Shown: positions 17,332 through 26,940 of the stretch, piece after piece
How positions within the stretch are numbered: the stretch's first letter is position 1
Layout: each line of letters starts with the position of its first letter
From: an uncultured Nitrospirales bacterium
Lineage (GTDB): Bacteria; Nitrospirota; JACRHL01
DNA: 38,859 nucleotides
NCBI GenBank assembly: GCA_964528115.1
Contig: CAZGRJ010000008.1
Location: forward strand, 1-38,859
Direction of reading: 5' to 3'
The notes under the pieces: model-generated
Databases searched by the model: none
The model's input: the letters and a program-made list of their open reading frames with translations, nothing else
Told to the model about the DNA's origin: nothing
Position numbers and translations under genes: made by a program

Positions 17332-18518
17332 GGTTCGACGAGCCGGTTGTAGCGCTTCAGGACCGCCCGCAGGCGGTCGTGGGGCAGGGCATGGACCGTG
17401 TGCCCCGCGTTCCCGGTCATGGTCCGGGCCGCCACCAGGGCGTTGACCACCGCCTCCTCCACGGACCGGACCGTGGCCGTGAAGAGCGGGTCCATGCGGC
17501 CGTTGGGGACGGCGCGCCACTGCTCGATGCCATTGGCGCCCGTGCTTGGCCGGGCGGTGGAGAAGCATAAGAACAAGTCGCCCGAGGAGTCCGTGGCGAC
17601 GCTCCCCAGGCGCCCCAGGCCCAGGGGGATGCGGCGGCACAGGCGGGCCAGCTGATGGGGCAGGAGGGGCGCGTCGGTGGCGACCAGGACGATCACGGAG
17701 CCGGTCCGGCCCGCCCGGGGCACGTCGGCGGCGCCCGTCTCCGTGCCCCGCTCCGGCATCAGGTCCGGGATCTCGCGCCCGACGGGCACCCCGGCGATGG
17801 TCAGCTGGGGCCGGCGCCCGTAGTTGGCCTGGACCAGCACCCCCACCGTATAGCCCCCGGCCTCGGCCGCCAGCACGCGCGAGGCGGTGCCGATCCCGCC
17901 CTTGAAGCCGTAGGCCACCATGCCCGTCCCGCCGCCCACGTCGCCCTCCGCCACCGGGCCGCCGGCGGCCCCGTCCAGGGCGGCGAGGACGTCCTCCGGA
18001 TGGACGTGGAAGCCGTTGATGTCGTTCAAAAAGCCATCCCAGGTCTCGGCCACGACCGGCAGGGAATACGTGGCCGTGCCGGGGAAGCGCCGCTGGCCCC
18101 AGGCCACCACCGCGTCCCGGGCGATCCCCACGCTGTGGGTGTTGGTCAGGACCACGGGGCCCTCCAGGAGGCCCGACTCGTCCACCCACAGGGTCCCGGT
18201 CATCTCGCCGTTGCCGTTGAGGGCGAAGGTGGCGGCGGGGTAGCGCGCGTCCGTGGCGGCGGGGCCCGGGAAGACGGCGGTGACGCCGGTCCGGACGGCC
18301 TTGCCGCCTTTCAGGTCGCGCACGATCGTCGTGTGGCCCACGCGCACCCCGGGGAGGTCCGTGATGGCGTTCAGGGGGCCGGGCGTCCCCTCGAACGGCA
18401 CCCCCAGGTCCCGGGCCCGGGGCTCTCCCGCGTGGGCCGGGACGGCCAGCGCCAGGAGGAGGGCGGCCAGGACCCAGGGGCGGGCGCCGGGATCGGATGA
18501 TCGGGGTGGATGGGGCAC
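17328..18518 (-). CDS. DmpA/peptidase S58 (P1) family aminopeptidase, secreted
   Basis: The signal-peptide-like N-terminus is ARPWVLAALLLALAVPAHAGEP. Family-typical blocks are GVRVGHTT, TGVTAV, NGNGEMTG, LTNTHSVG, GGGTGMVAYGFKGGIGTAS and VLVATDAPL. Its stop overlaps the convergent GT4 stop (CTAG at 17328-17331). Confidence 0.75.
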   Translation of the reverse strand: MPHPPRSSDPGARPWVLAALLLALAVPAHAGEPRARDLGVPFEGTPGPLNAITDLPGVRVGHTTIVRDLKGGKAVRTGVTAVFPGPAATDARYPAATFALNGNGEMTGTLWVDESGLLEGPVVLTNTHSVGIARDAVVAWGQRRFPGTATYSLPVVAETWDGFLNDINGFHVHPEDVLAALDGAAGGPVAEGDVGGGTGMVAYGFKGGIGTASRVLAAEAGGYTVGVLVQANYGRRPQLTIAGVPVGREIPDLMPERGTETGAADVPRAGRTGSVIVLVATDAPLLPHQLARLCRRIPLGLGRLGSVATDSSGDLFLCFSTARPSTGANGIEQWRAVPNGRMDPLFTATVRSVEEAVVNALVAARTMTGNAGHTVHALPHDRLRAVLKRYNRLVEP

Positions 18519-18617
18519 GGAAAACCGTCTGCGGGGCTAAGGTTTTGCCCGGAACGTCCCGATTTATACGGGGAGAGGCCCCTTTGTGGCAAGGGCGCCG
18601 AAGGGGGGACGAGCGCG

Positions 18618-18920
18618 ATGCACGAGAACCGCAAGCACGAACGGTTCGACGCCTTTCTGGAGGTGGAGGTCACGTGGCCCGGCCACGGCACCGCCCGGGC
18701 GTTGACGCAGGACCTGAGCGACGGCGGCGTGCGCCTGGAGCCGCCCTTCAACCCGCCGCCGCCGGTGGGGACGATGGTGCAGGCGCGCCTGGTCGCGAAC
18801 ACCGGCGACGGGGCCGAGCCGCCGACCCTGTCGGCCCGGGTGGTGTGGGTGGCCCCGGACGCCATCGGCCTGATGTTCGTCAAGGACGGCGAGCCGGTGG
18901 GCGATCCCGCCGCCGGCTGA
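18618..18920 (+). CDS. PilZ domain protein (c-di-GMP receptor type), 100 aa
   Basis: ATG 18618 inside ORF 18510..18920, with GAAGGGGGGA 8 nt upstream. Both PilZ signatures are present: RKHER (RxxxR) and DLSDGG (D/NxSxxG). Confidence 0.7.
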   Translation: MHENRKHERFDAFLEVEVTWPGHGTARALTQDLSDGGVRLEPPFNPPPPVGTMVQARLVANTGDGAEPPTLSARVVWVAPDAIGLMFVKDGEPVGDPAAG

Positions 18921-19038
18921 TCCGCGAAATGGCCCGATCCGTGCGCCGCGGGCTCCCGCGGTTGCGCTATCATTTGCGTCGAACCCGGGGCCGCGTTCGA
19001 CACGCCCCCACTCGCCGCAAGAGACGCTGAACCGGTCC

Positions 19039-20733
19039 ATGGACCCCAACACCTCCGTCGCCTACTTCTCCATGGAGATCGCCGTCGAGGCGGGCATGCC
19101 CACCTATGCCGGCGGCTTAGGGATCCTGGCCGGCGACACGGTCCGCGCCGCCGCCGACCTGCGCATCCCCATGGTGGCCGTCACCCTCCTGCACCGCCAG
19201 GGCTACTTCTACCAGCGCATCGGGCCGGACGGCGAGCAGGTGGAGGAGGCGGTCGCCTGGGCGGTGGAGGACTACCTGACCGAGTCGCCTGCCCGCGTCA
19301 CCCTCTCCCTGGCCGGCCGCGACGTGGTGGTGCGGGCCTGGAAGCACAAGGTCGTGGGGGCCGGCGGACACGTGGTGCCGGTCTACTTCCTGGACACCGA
19401 CCTGCCCGAGAACGCCCCGGACGACCGCCGCATCACCGACCACCTCTACGGCGACGGCAAGGACATGCGCATCCGCCAGGAGGCCGTGCTCGGCATCGGC
19501 GGCGTGCGCGTCCTGCGGGCCGTGGGCTACGGCCAGCTGGGGCGCTACCACATGAACGAGGGCCACTCGGCCTTCCTGGTCCTGGAGCTGCTCGAGGAGC
19601 ACGCCCGCCAGGCCGGCCGCACGGTGCCGGTGATGGCCGACGTGCACGCGGTGCGCGAGCGCTGCGTCTTCACCACCCACACGCCGGTCCCGGCCGGCCA
19701 CGACAAGTTCCCGGTGGGAACGGTGGAGAAGCTCTTGGGCTCGCGCCCCGAGTTCGGCATGAGCGACATCTTCTGCTGCGACGGCGAGGTCAACATGACC
19801 TTCCTCGCCCTGAACCTGTCGCGCTTCGTCAACGGCGTCGCCAAGAAGCACGGCGAGGTGGCGCGCCACATGTTCACCTCGCACACGATCGACTCGATCA
19901 CCAACGGCGTCCACATGGCCACCTGGGTCGCGCCCGCCATGGCCGAGCTGTTCGACCGCCACATCCCGGGCTGGCAGGAGGACAACTTCTCCCTGCGCTA
20001 CGCCCTCTCCATCCCCAAGCCCGAGGTCTGGCGCGCCCACCACGAGGCCAAGCGGGAGCTGCTGGACTACGTCAACCGCTTCACCAACGCGGGGCTGGAG
20101 CTGGAGACCTTCACCATCGGCTTCGCCCGCCGCATGACCCCCTACAAGCGCCCGGACCTGATCTTCCACGACCTGGACCGCCTGAAGCATCTTGTCCACA
20201 CCCTGGGGCCCATCCAGGTGATCTGCGCCGGCAAGGCCCACCCGGCCGACCGGGAGGGCAAGGCCCTGATCCACAAGATCCTGGAGGCCGCCGAGGCCCT
20301 CAAGGACGACATCAAGGTGGTCTTCGTCGGCAACTACGACATGGCCTTGGGTCAGCTCATCACGTCCGGGGTGGACCTGTGGCTCAACACCCCGCATCCC
20401 CCCATGGAGGCCTCCGGCACCAGCGGCATGAAGGCCGCTGCCAACGGCGTGCCGAGTTTGAGCGTCCTGGACGGGTGGTGGATCGAGGGCTGCATCGAGG
20501 GGGTGACCGGCTGGGCGATCGGCGAGAACCACCGCAACAGCGGCGGCGAGGTCAATCACACCCGCGACACCGAGGACCTGCTCTCCAAGCTGGAGAAGGC
20601 CGTCCTGCCCATGTTCTACCAGGAGCGCGACCGCTACCTGGAGGTCATGCGCCACGCGATCGCGCTCAACGCGTCGTTCTTCAACACCCAGCGCATGATG
20701 CAGCAGTACGTCCTGAAGGCGTACTTCCTGTAG
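19039..20733 (+). CDS. glgP: alpha-glucan family phosphorylase (GT35)
   Basis: Motifs: [51 protein letters not shown], and the PLP-lysine block [25 protein letters not shown]. Confidence 0.9.
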   Translation: MDPNTSVAYFSMEIAVEAGMPTYAGGLGILAGDTVRAAADLRIPMVAVTLLHRQGYFYQRIGPDGEQVEEAVAWAVEDYLTESPARVTLSLAGRDVVVRAWKHKVVGAGGHVVPVYFLDTDLPENAPDDRRITDHLYGDGKDMRIRQEAVLGIGGVRVLRAVGYGQLGRYHMNEGHSAFLVLELLEEHARQAGRTVPVMADVHAVRERCVFTTHTPVPAGHDKFPVGTVEKLLGSRPEFGMSDIFCCDGEVNMTFLALNLSRFVNGVAKKHGEVARHMFTSHTIDSITNGVHMATWVAPAMAELFDRHIPGWQEDNFSLRYALSIPKPEVWRAHHEAKRELLDYVNRFTNAGLELETFTIGFARRMTPYKRPDLIFHDLDRLKHLVHTLGPIQVICAGKAHPADREGKALIHKILEAAEALKDDIKVVFVGNYDMALGQLITSGVDLWLNTPHPPMEASGTSGMKAAANGVPSLSVLDGWWIEGCIEGVTGWAIGENHRNSGGEVNHTRDTEDLLSKLEKAVLPMFYQERDRYLEVMRHAIALNASFFNTQRMMQQYVLKAYFL

Positions 20734-20789
20734 CCCCCCGCGCCCGCTGCCCGGCGCCCGGCGGGTCCCGCCGTCGGAACCGGAACCCG

Positions 20790-22178
20790 CTAGAACTGAA
20801 AATAGATGAAGGCGGGCGACTCCAGCGTCGCCCCCATGAAGAGCACCAGGAGCCCCGCGTACACGGCCCCCTGGAGCGCGGCCGGCGTGCCGGCGAAGAG
20901 GTCGGCGGCCCGCGTCACCCACGCCTTGGGGAAGACGTGGGTGAAGAAGGCCAGCCCCAGGACGCCGTAGAACATCGGGTGCAGGCGGGTGCCCAGGGTG
21001 AGGTGCGACAGCCCCGTCACGTAGGCCTGGATGGTCTGCATGTCCCCGCCCCGGAACAGGAGCCACCCCACCAGCACCAGGTGGAAGCAGACGATCCGGT
21101 TGAGGATCCTGGCCGGCAGCGCGTCGGCCCCGTGCTTGCTGGCCCCGCGGTAGAGCACCAGGAGCACGCCGTGGTAGGCGCCCCAGAACACGAAGTTCAG
21201 CGCCGCCCCGTGCCACAGGCCGCCCAGCAGCATCGTCATCATCAGGGAGAAGGCCACCCGCGCCCGGGTGCCCCGGTTGCCGCCGAGGGGGATGTACAGG
21301 TAGTCGCGCAGCCAGGTGGACAGGGAGATGTGCCACCGGGTCCAGAACTCCCGCGGGTTCTGGGCCAGGTAGGGGCGGTTGAAGTTCTGGGGCAGGTAGA
21401 ACCCCAGCATCAGGGCCGCCCCGATCGCCACGTCGCTGTAGCCGGAGAAGTCGTTGTAGATCTGGAACGCGTAGGCGTACAGCCCCATCAGCAGGTCCCA
21501 GGACGAGAACCCGGACGGGTCGGAGAAGACCGCGTCCACCGCCAGGCCGGCGAGGAGGTCCGCCAGGAGCACCTTCTTCGCCAGGCCCTGGAACACGAGG
21601 TACAGGCCGCGCTGGACGTTCTCCCGGCTCACGTCCGGCGTGCGCCGCATCTGGGGCAGGAAGTCCCGCGCCCGCACGATGGGCCCCGCCACCAGCTGGG
21701 GGAAGAAGGCCACGTAGGTGGCGAACCGGATGAGGTTCGGCTCGTGCTCGATGTGCCGGCGGTACACGTCGATCGTGTAGCTCAGGGTCTGGAACGTGTA
21801 GAAGGAGATGCCGACCGGCAACAGGAAGGAGTGCTTCAGGAAGCTCATGTCCACCCCGAACAGGGGCGTGATGAGGTCCACGAAGAAGTTGTTGTACTTG
21901 AAGTAGCCGAGCAGCCCCAGGTTGCAGCACAGGCTCGCGATCAGCAGCAGCCGGCGCCGGGCCTGCCGCTCCTCGCCGGAGAGGCGCAGGCCCACGTAGT
22001 AGTCCACCATCGTGGAGGCCGCGATGAGACCGGCGTAGCGCCAGTTCCACGACATGTAGAACATGTAGCTGGCGCAAAGCAGAAAGGTCGTGCGCAGCAG
22101 ATCGCGCCGGAACAGCAGGCCGTAGATCACCAGCACCGACGGCAGGAAGAACAGGAACTCGGGCGAGTTGAAGCTCAC
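20790..22178 (-). CDS. MBOAT family O-acyltransferase (AlgI/DltB/PatA-like)
   Basis: GTG start at 22178 (GTGA overlap with upstream stop). Motifs: MSFNSPEFLFFLPSVLVIY..., ISFYTFQTLSYTIDVYR, FPQLVAGPIVRA, NPREFWTRWHISLSTWLRDYLYIPLGGNR (catalytic His block). Multi-pass membrane protein. Confidence 0.9.
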   Translation of the reverse strand: MSFNSPEFLFFLPSVLVIYGLLFRRDLLRTTFLLCASYMFYMSWNWRYAGLIAASTMVDYYVGLRLSGEERQARRRLLLIASLCCNLGLLGYFKYNNFFVDLITPLFGVDMSFLKHSFLLPVGISFYTFQTLSYTIDVYRRHIEHEPNLIRFATYVAFFPQLVAGPIVRARDFLPQMRRTPDVSRENVQRGLYLVFQGLAKKVLLADLLAGLAVDAVFSDPSGFSSWDLLMGLYAYAFQIYNDFSGYSDVAIGAALMLGFYLPQNFNRPYLAQNPREFWTRWHISLSTWLRDYLYIPLGGNRGTRARVAFSLMMTMLLGGLWHGAALNFVFWGAYHGVLLVLYRGASKHGADALPARILNRIVCFHLVLVGWLLFRGGDMQTIQAYVTGLSHLTLGTRLHPMFYGVLGLAFFTHVFPKAWVTRAADLFAGTPAALQGAVYAGLLVLFMGATLESPAFIYFQF

Positions 22179-23275
22179 GGCGCCGCCCCTCCGCGCGCCA
22201 GCCGGGAAAGGGGCGAGCCCGGCGGAGGCTGGAGCAGGGCCGCGGCGAGGGTGTCGGCCACGATCTTGTGCCCCTCGGGGGTGAAGTGGACGAAGTCGCG
22301 GAAGTACGCGTCCTTCCCGCCCAGGGCGGCGTTCACGTCCACGAGCCCGGCCCCGGTCTCGGCGGCCACCCGCGCCATGACGCGGTTGTACCGCTCGATG
22401 GTCCGGACCCAGCCGTCCATGGACAGCTCCTGGTTGTAGCGGAACACGCCGTTGCGCACGCCCAGGGGCATGCGGGCCAGGTTGTGCCGGTCATAGCTCG
22501 CGGCGAAGGTCACCAGGACGGGTGTCGCCCCGATCTTCCGGCAGGCGGCGACCAGGCGGCGCAGGCGGTGGGCGAACGCCGCCTCCCCCGCGTCGCCCAG
22601 GGTGTCGGCCAGGAGGCGCTGCTGCACCACCTGGCTGGAGAGGTTCGCCTTGACCTGGGCGTAGAGGGTGGTGGACTCCACCGCCCGGGTCGGCCAGTCG
22701 GCCTCGGGCTTTTCCCCCGGGTCGTTCGCCGGGTCCTCCGCCGGGTCGCCTGGGGGGGTGTCGTCGCGGGACTTCGTCCCCCCCAGGAGCCGGTGCGAGA
22801 GGTCGTTGATGTCGCCCGACATCTGGTAGAGGATCACCACGTCGGGCCGCCAGTCGGCCCCGAGGCGCTCCAGGTCGTCCGTGTTGGCGTCCGTGTCCAT
22901 GCCCGCCCGGCTGGCGTTGAGCACCTCCACGGGGACCCCGGCTTCGGCCAGAAGCGCCTCCAGGCGGCTCGGGAAGATCTCGTCGGGGGGGAGGTAGACG
23001 TCCTCGCCGTAGGAGGCCGAGGCGACCCAAATCCGGGGGACGCCCGGCCGCTTCTCCCGGGGGACGACGGCGCTGCGGAACGGGAACCCGCGCGTCGGAC
23101 CGTACGCGGGCCCGTCCCCGGGGGGGCCGGACCCGCCCGCGTCCGCCGCCACGGCGCGATCGCCGAACAGGGGCGTGCCCCAGCCGTGCAGGTGGGCCCG
23201 GAATTCCAGCCCGGCCTCGCCGGCCAGGAGGAAGAGGGCGATCCAGAAAAGGACGCGCAGGTCGCCGAGCTTCAC
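22175..23275 (-). CDS. SGNH/GDSL-type hydrolase/acyltransferase partner of MBOAT, membrane-anchored
   Basis: GTG 23275, with GGAGGA 11 nt upstream. The N-terminal anchor is LRVLFWIALFLLAG. SGNH blocks are IWVASASYGED (I), YQMSGDINDL (III) and RDFVHFTPEGH (V, DxxH). Confidence 0.7.
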   Translation of the reverse strand: MKLGDLRVLFWIALFLLAGEAGLEFRAHLHGWGTPLFGDRAVAADAGGSGPPGDGPAYGPTRGFPFRSAVVPREKRPGVPRIWVASASYGEDVYLPPDEIFPSRLEALLAEAGVPVEVLNASRAGMDTDANTDDLERLGADWRPDVVILYQMSGDINDLSHRLLGGTKSRDDTPPGDPAEDPANDPGEKPEADWPTRAVESTTLYAQVKANLSSQVVQQRLLADTLGDAGEAAFAHRLRRLVAACRKIGATPVLVTFAASYDRHNLARMPLGVRNGVFRYNQELSMDGWVRTIERYNRVMARVAAETGAGLVDVNAALGGKDAYFRDFVHFTPEGHKIVADTLAAALLQPPPGSPLSRLARGGAAP

Positions 23276-23352
23276 CGCCCCCGGCGTCCTCCGTGACTTC
23301 CGGGCGCCCGCCGCGGCGCCTCGTTTCCCGACAACCAGCGCATCGTGCAGCG

Positions 23353-23376
23353 GTGCGTCCTGTGGGCGTGCGTCCT
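23353..23376. repeat. direct repeat GTGCGTCCT - 6 nt - GTGCGTCCT (minus strand AGGACGCAC x2)
   Basis: Two exact 9-mers lie at 23353-23361 and 23368-23376 in the 118-nt phoU-to-SGNH spacer, about 80-100 nt upstream of the SGNH start. Function unknown. Confidence 0.5.
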
Positions 23377-23393
23377 TGGGGTCAGGCCGGGCC

Positions 23394-24110
23394 TTACGGC
23401 TGGCGGGCTTCCTCCTCCTTGAGGAGGGCGGCGGCGGCCTCGTGGTCCACGTGGCGGATGTCGTGCCCGCGGATCATGTAGATTACCATTTCGCAAATGT
23501 TCGTGGCGTGGTCGCCGATCCGCTCCAGGTTCTTGGAGATGTTCGACAGGATGATGTAGCCGCTGATGCCCGGCGGGTTCTCGAGCATGTAGGTGAGGAT
23601 CTCGCGGTAGAGCGAGTGGTACATCTCGTCCACCGAGGCGTCGTGCTCGATCACCTGGATGGCCAGGTCGATATCGCCCCGCGAGAGGGCGTCCAGGGCC
23701 CGCTGGACCTGGGACTGGACCGCCTCGGACATGTTGGACAGGGCCCCCAGGGGATGGATGCCCGTTCCCTGGAGGCGCAGCGCCCCCTCGCTGATGCCCA
23801 CGGCCAGGTCGCCCATGCGCTCCAGGTCCGTGACCACCTTCACCGACGACAGGATGAAGCGCAGGTCCCGCGCGGCCGGCTGGCGCAATACGAGAATCCG
23901 GCGGATCAGCTCGTCGCACTGGACCTCCAGGGCGTTGACCGCCGCGTCGCGCTCGATGGTCCGCTCGGCGAGGGCCGAGTCGCCCGTCATGAGGGCCTGG
24001 GTGGCGCCGGCGATGGCCTTCTCCACCAGGCCCCCCAGGGAGAGGACCTTGGCCTTGAGCTCGGAGAGCTCGTCGTCGAACCGGCGCATGGTGTGGGCCT
24101 TGGTGGCCAT
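23394..24110 (-). CDS. phoU: phosphate signalling complex protein PhoU
   Basis: ATG 24110 inside ORF 23394..24503. Two PhoU repeats are present: MRRFDDELSELKAKV...DLERMGDLAV and ...NLERIGDHATNICEMVIYM. Confidence 0.9.
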   Translation of the reverse strand: MATKAHTMRRFDDELSELKAKVLSLGGLVEKAIAGATQALMTGDSALAERTIERDAAVNALEVQCDELIRRILVLRQPAARDLRFILSSVKVVTDLERMGDLAVGISEGALRLQGTGIHPLGALSNMSEAVQSQVQRALDALSRGDIDLAIQVIEHDASVDEMYHSLYREILTYMLENPPGISGYIILSNISKNLERIGDHATNICEMVIYMIRGHDIRHVDHEAAAALLKEEEARQP

Positions 24111-24145
24111 GGGCGTGCGGGTTGCCTCCTGGTGCGGGTCCGGAC

Positions 24146-25021
24146 TCAGCCGAACCGGCCGGTGATGTAGGCCTCGGTCTGCTCGTTCTGGGGCCGGGTG
24201 AACAGGGCCTCCGTCTCGCCGAACTCCACCAGGCGTCCCAGGTAGAAGAACGCCGTGTAGTCCGACACGCGCCCCGCCTGCTGCATGTTGTGGGTGACGA
24301 TGACCACGGTGAAGCGGCCCTTGAACTCGTCGATCAGCTCCTCGATCTTGCCGGTGGCGATGGGGTCCAGGGCCGAGCACGGCTCGTCCATGAGCAGCAC
24401 CTCGGGCTCCACGGCGATGGCGCGGGCGATGCACAGGCGCTGCTGCTGGCCGCCGGAGAGCTGGGTGCCCTGCTGGTTCAGCATGTCCTTGACCTCGTCC
24501 CACAGGGCGGAGCCCTTCAGGGCCTCCTCCACGCGCCCCTCCAGCTCGCTCTTGGGCATGCCGCCGCGCAGGCGCAGGCCGTAGGCCACGTTGTCGAACA
24601 CGGTCATGGGGAACGGGGTGGCTTTCTGGAAGATCATCCCGATCTTGTGGCGCAGGGAGAGGGCGGGAATGGCCGGGTCCAGGATGTTCACCCCGTCCAG
24701 GAGGATCTCGCCGGTGGCGCGCTGGCCCTTGTAGAGCTCGTACATCCGGTTGTAGGTGCGGATGTGGGTGCTCTTGCCGCAGCCCGAGGGGCCGATGAAG
24801 GCGGTGACCTCGCCGCGGGCAATGTCGAGGGTGTTGTCCGTGAGGGCCTGCTTCCCGCCGTAGTAGAAATTGAGGTCGCGCACGGAGATCTTGGGGTCGG
24901 TGACGGGAGCGGCCTCCTGCACCATGGGCGTGGGGAGCTCGAGGTGCGGCGTCTCCGGCGGGTTCTGGGCGGTGGAGGGGTCTTCGGTCATGGGGTCCCG
25001 GGTCTGTTGGGGGCGGATCAT
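24146..25021 (-). CDS. pstB: phosphate ABC transporter ATP-binding protein PstB
   Basis: Motifs: [11 protein letters not shown], Walker [10 protein letters not shown], signature [14 protein letters not shown], Walker [13 protein letters not shown], and C-terminal [13 protein letters not shown] 25021 is the longest start. ATGs at 24991 and 24925 would give a more E. coli-like length. Confidence 0.9.
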   Translation of the reverse strand: MIRPQQTRDPMTEDPSTAQNPPETPHLELPTPMVQEAAPVTDPKISVRDLNFYYGGKQALTDNTLDIARGEVTAFIGPSGCGKSTHIRTYNRMYELYKGQRATGEILLDGVNILDPAIPALSLRHKIGMIFQKATPFPMTVFDNVAYGLRLRGGMPKSELEGRVEEALKGSALWDEVKDMLNQQGTQLSGGQQQRLCIARAIAVEPEVLLMDEPCSALDPIATGKIEELIDEFKGRFTVVIVTHNMQQAGRVSDYTAFFYLGRLVEFGETEALFTRPQNEQTEAYITGRFG

Positions 25022-25032
25022 TGGTATATACC

Positions 25033-25893
25033 CTACGGGCGGTGGGTCCGGGCGAGCACCAGGCGCGAGGTCACGGTCAGGGCCAGGACCGCCGCCGTGA
25101 TCAGGAAGGCGGCGCCCCAGGCCATGGCGTGCCAGTCGTCGTAGGGGCTCATGGCGTAGTTGAACAGGGTGACGGTCAGGTTCGCCATGGGCTCGTTCAG
25201 GCCGTTCATCCAGTAGGGGCTGTTGAGGGCGGTGAACAACAGCGGCGCCGTCTCCCCCGAGACCCGCGCCACGGCCAGCAGGATCCCCGTGACCATGCCC
25301 GCCGCCGCGGCCCGGTAGATGACCCCCACCATCATCCGCCAGTACGGCGCGCCCAGGGCCAGGGTGGACTCGCGCATCTCGAGCGGCACCAGGCGCAGCA
25401 TCTCCTCCGTGGTCCGGGTGACCACCGGCAGCATGATAATCGCCAGCGACACCGCCCCGGACCAGCCCGAGAAGTTGCCCAGGGGCTTGACCATGACCAG
25501 GTAGACGAACACCCCCACCACGATCGACGGGGCCGACACCAGGATGTCGGACACGTAGCGCACCGCCGCGCCGAACTTGGTCGCGGCGCCGAATTCGGCC
25601 AGGTAGGTGCCCGCCAGAACGCCGATGGGCACCGCCATCAGGGCCGCCACGACGGTCAGGAGCAGGGTCCCGGCGATGGCGTTGGCCAGGCCCCCGCCGC
25701 CCTGGCCGGGGGGGGAGGGGAGCTGGGTGAAGAACGTCCAGTTGATCGCCTGAGTCCCGCGCAGTGCCACGTCGCCCAGGATCCAGACGAGCATCCCCAG
25801 GCCCACGAAGGCGGCCAGGGTGGACAGGGCCATGACCGCGGCGTTGACGTTGCGGCGCCGGGCCGTGGCGGCGGAGTTGGCGATGCCGGCCAT
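25033..25893 (-). CDS. pstA: phosphate ABC transporter permease PstA
   Basis: Multi-pass permease with the EAA-type loop [15 protein letters not shown], and it sits immediately after pstC (TGACATG junction). [10 protein letters not shown] is typical of PstA. Confidence 0.9.
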   Translation of the reverse strand: MAGIANSAATARRRNVNAAVMALSTLAAFVGLGMLVWILGDVALRGTQAINWTFFTQLPSPPGQGGGGLANAIAGTLLLTVVAALMAVPIGVLAGTYLAEFGAATKFGAAVRYVSDILVSAPSIVVGVFVYLVMVKPLGNFSGWSGAVSLAIIMLPVVTRTTEEMLRLVPLEMRESTLALGAPYWRMMVGVIYRAAAAGMVTGILLAVARVSGETAPLLFTALNSPYWMNGLNEPMANLTVTLFNYAMSPYDDWHAMAWGAAFLITAAVLALTVTSRLVLARTHRP

Positions 25894-25894
25894 G

Positions 25895-26872
25895 TCAGCT
25901 GCTCCTCGCCGGGGCGGACATGTGCTTCATCCACAGGTTGGCCAGCCCCAGGATGACGAACGTGATCACCGCCAGCACCAGCCCCAGCTCCACCAGCGAG
26001 GCGGTGTAGACGTCGCCGTCCGCCTCGGTGAACTCGTTGGCCAGGGTGGAGGCGATGGAGTTGCCCGGGGCGAACAGGGAGAGCGACAGGCGGTGGGCGT
26101 TGCCGATCACGAAGGTGACCGCCATGGTCTCCCCCAGCGCCCGGCCGAGCCCCAGGAACACGGCGCCGTAGATGCCCTTGCGGCCATAGGGGATCATGAT
26201 GTCCTTCACCACCTCCCAGGTGGTGGCCCCCATGCCGTAGGCCGACTCCTTGAGGGTCGGCGGCACCATCCGGAAGACGTCGCGGGTGACCGCGGCGATG
26301 AAGGGCACGATCATCAGGGCCAGGACCAGGCCCGCGGTGAGCATGCCGATGCCCATCTTGGGGCCCTGGAACAGGGGCATCCAGCCGAACACGGCCGCCA
26401 GCCACGGCTGCACGTGGTCGGCCATGAGGGGGGCCAGGATGAACAGCCCCCACATGCCGTACACGATGCTCGGGATGGCGGCCAGGAGCTCGATGGCCAC
26501 GCCGAACGGGGTCCGGATGCGGACGGGCGCGATCTCGGCCAGGAAGAGGGCGATCCCCAGGCTCACCGGCACCGCCACGACCAGGGCCACGGCGGTGGAG
26601 AGCAGGGTGCCGACGGCGGCGGCCAGGGCGCCGAAATTCTCCGTCACCGGGTTCCAGGCGTCGCTCGTGAGGAAGCTCCAGCCGAACGCCTCGATGGACG
26701 GCCCCGAGGCCCGCCAGAGGACGAAGAACATGGAGCCGAGCAGCAGCAGGATGCCGCCCGCGACGCCCGCGGTCAGGGCCTTGAAGATACGGTCGCCGAA
26801 GGCGCCGCGGGACCGCGAGGCGGCCTTGTCGGGGCCCATGGTGGCGGCGTCCTGCATGGCGGTTGCCGGCAT
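25895..26872 (-). CDS. pstC: phosphate ABC transporter permease PstC
   Basis: GGAGGA lies 5 nt upstream of ATG 26872. Motifs: FGALAAAVGTLLST, IPSIVYGMWGLF, and the EAA loop KESAYGMGATTWEVV. Confidence 0.9.
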   Translation of the reverse strand: MPATAMQDAATMGPDKAASRSRGAFGDRIFKALTAGVAGGILLLLGSMFFVLWRASGPSIEAFGWSFLTSDAWNPVTENFGALAAAVGTLLSTAVALVVAVPVSLGIALFLAEIAPVRIRTPFGVAIELLAAIPSIVYGMWGLFILAPLMADHVQPWLAAVFGWMPLFQGPKMGIGMLTAGLVLALMIVPFIAAVTRDVFRMVPPTLKESAYGMGATTWEVVKDIMIPYGRKGIYGAVFLGLGRALGETMAVTFVIGNAHRLSLSLFAPGNSIASTLANEFTEADGDVYTASLVELGLVLAVITFVILGLANLWMKHMSAPARSS

Positions 26873-26940
26873 CTCAATCCTCCAGGGCGGCTCGCCGCCC
26901 GCGCCAGAAATCCCTGCCCGCTCCCGGCATCACCCGCCCT

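Noticed and set aside
18946-19001. Two GC hairpins after the PilZ gene as a rho-independent terminator
   Set aside because: Neither stem is followed by a U-tract. Short GC palindromes such as CCGCGG are expected by chance at this base composition.
20734-20789. Bidirectional terminator between convergent glgP and the MBOAT gene
   Set aside because: I found only a 5-bp CGGCG/CGCCG stem with no flanking T/A runs, which is not supportable.
19117-22077. 986-aa ORF on the minus strand spanning glgP (antisense) and the MBOAT region
   Set aside because: Its composition is dominated by R/G/P/A/H/D, with no recognisable motif. It is antisense to a phosphorylase with unmistakable motifs and out of frame with the MBOAT gene. 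This is a typical long spurious ORF of high-GC DNA.
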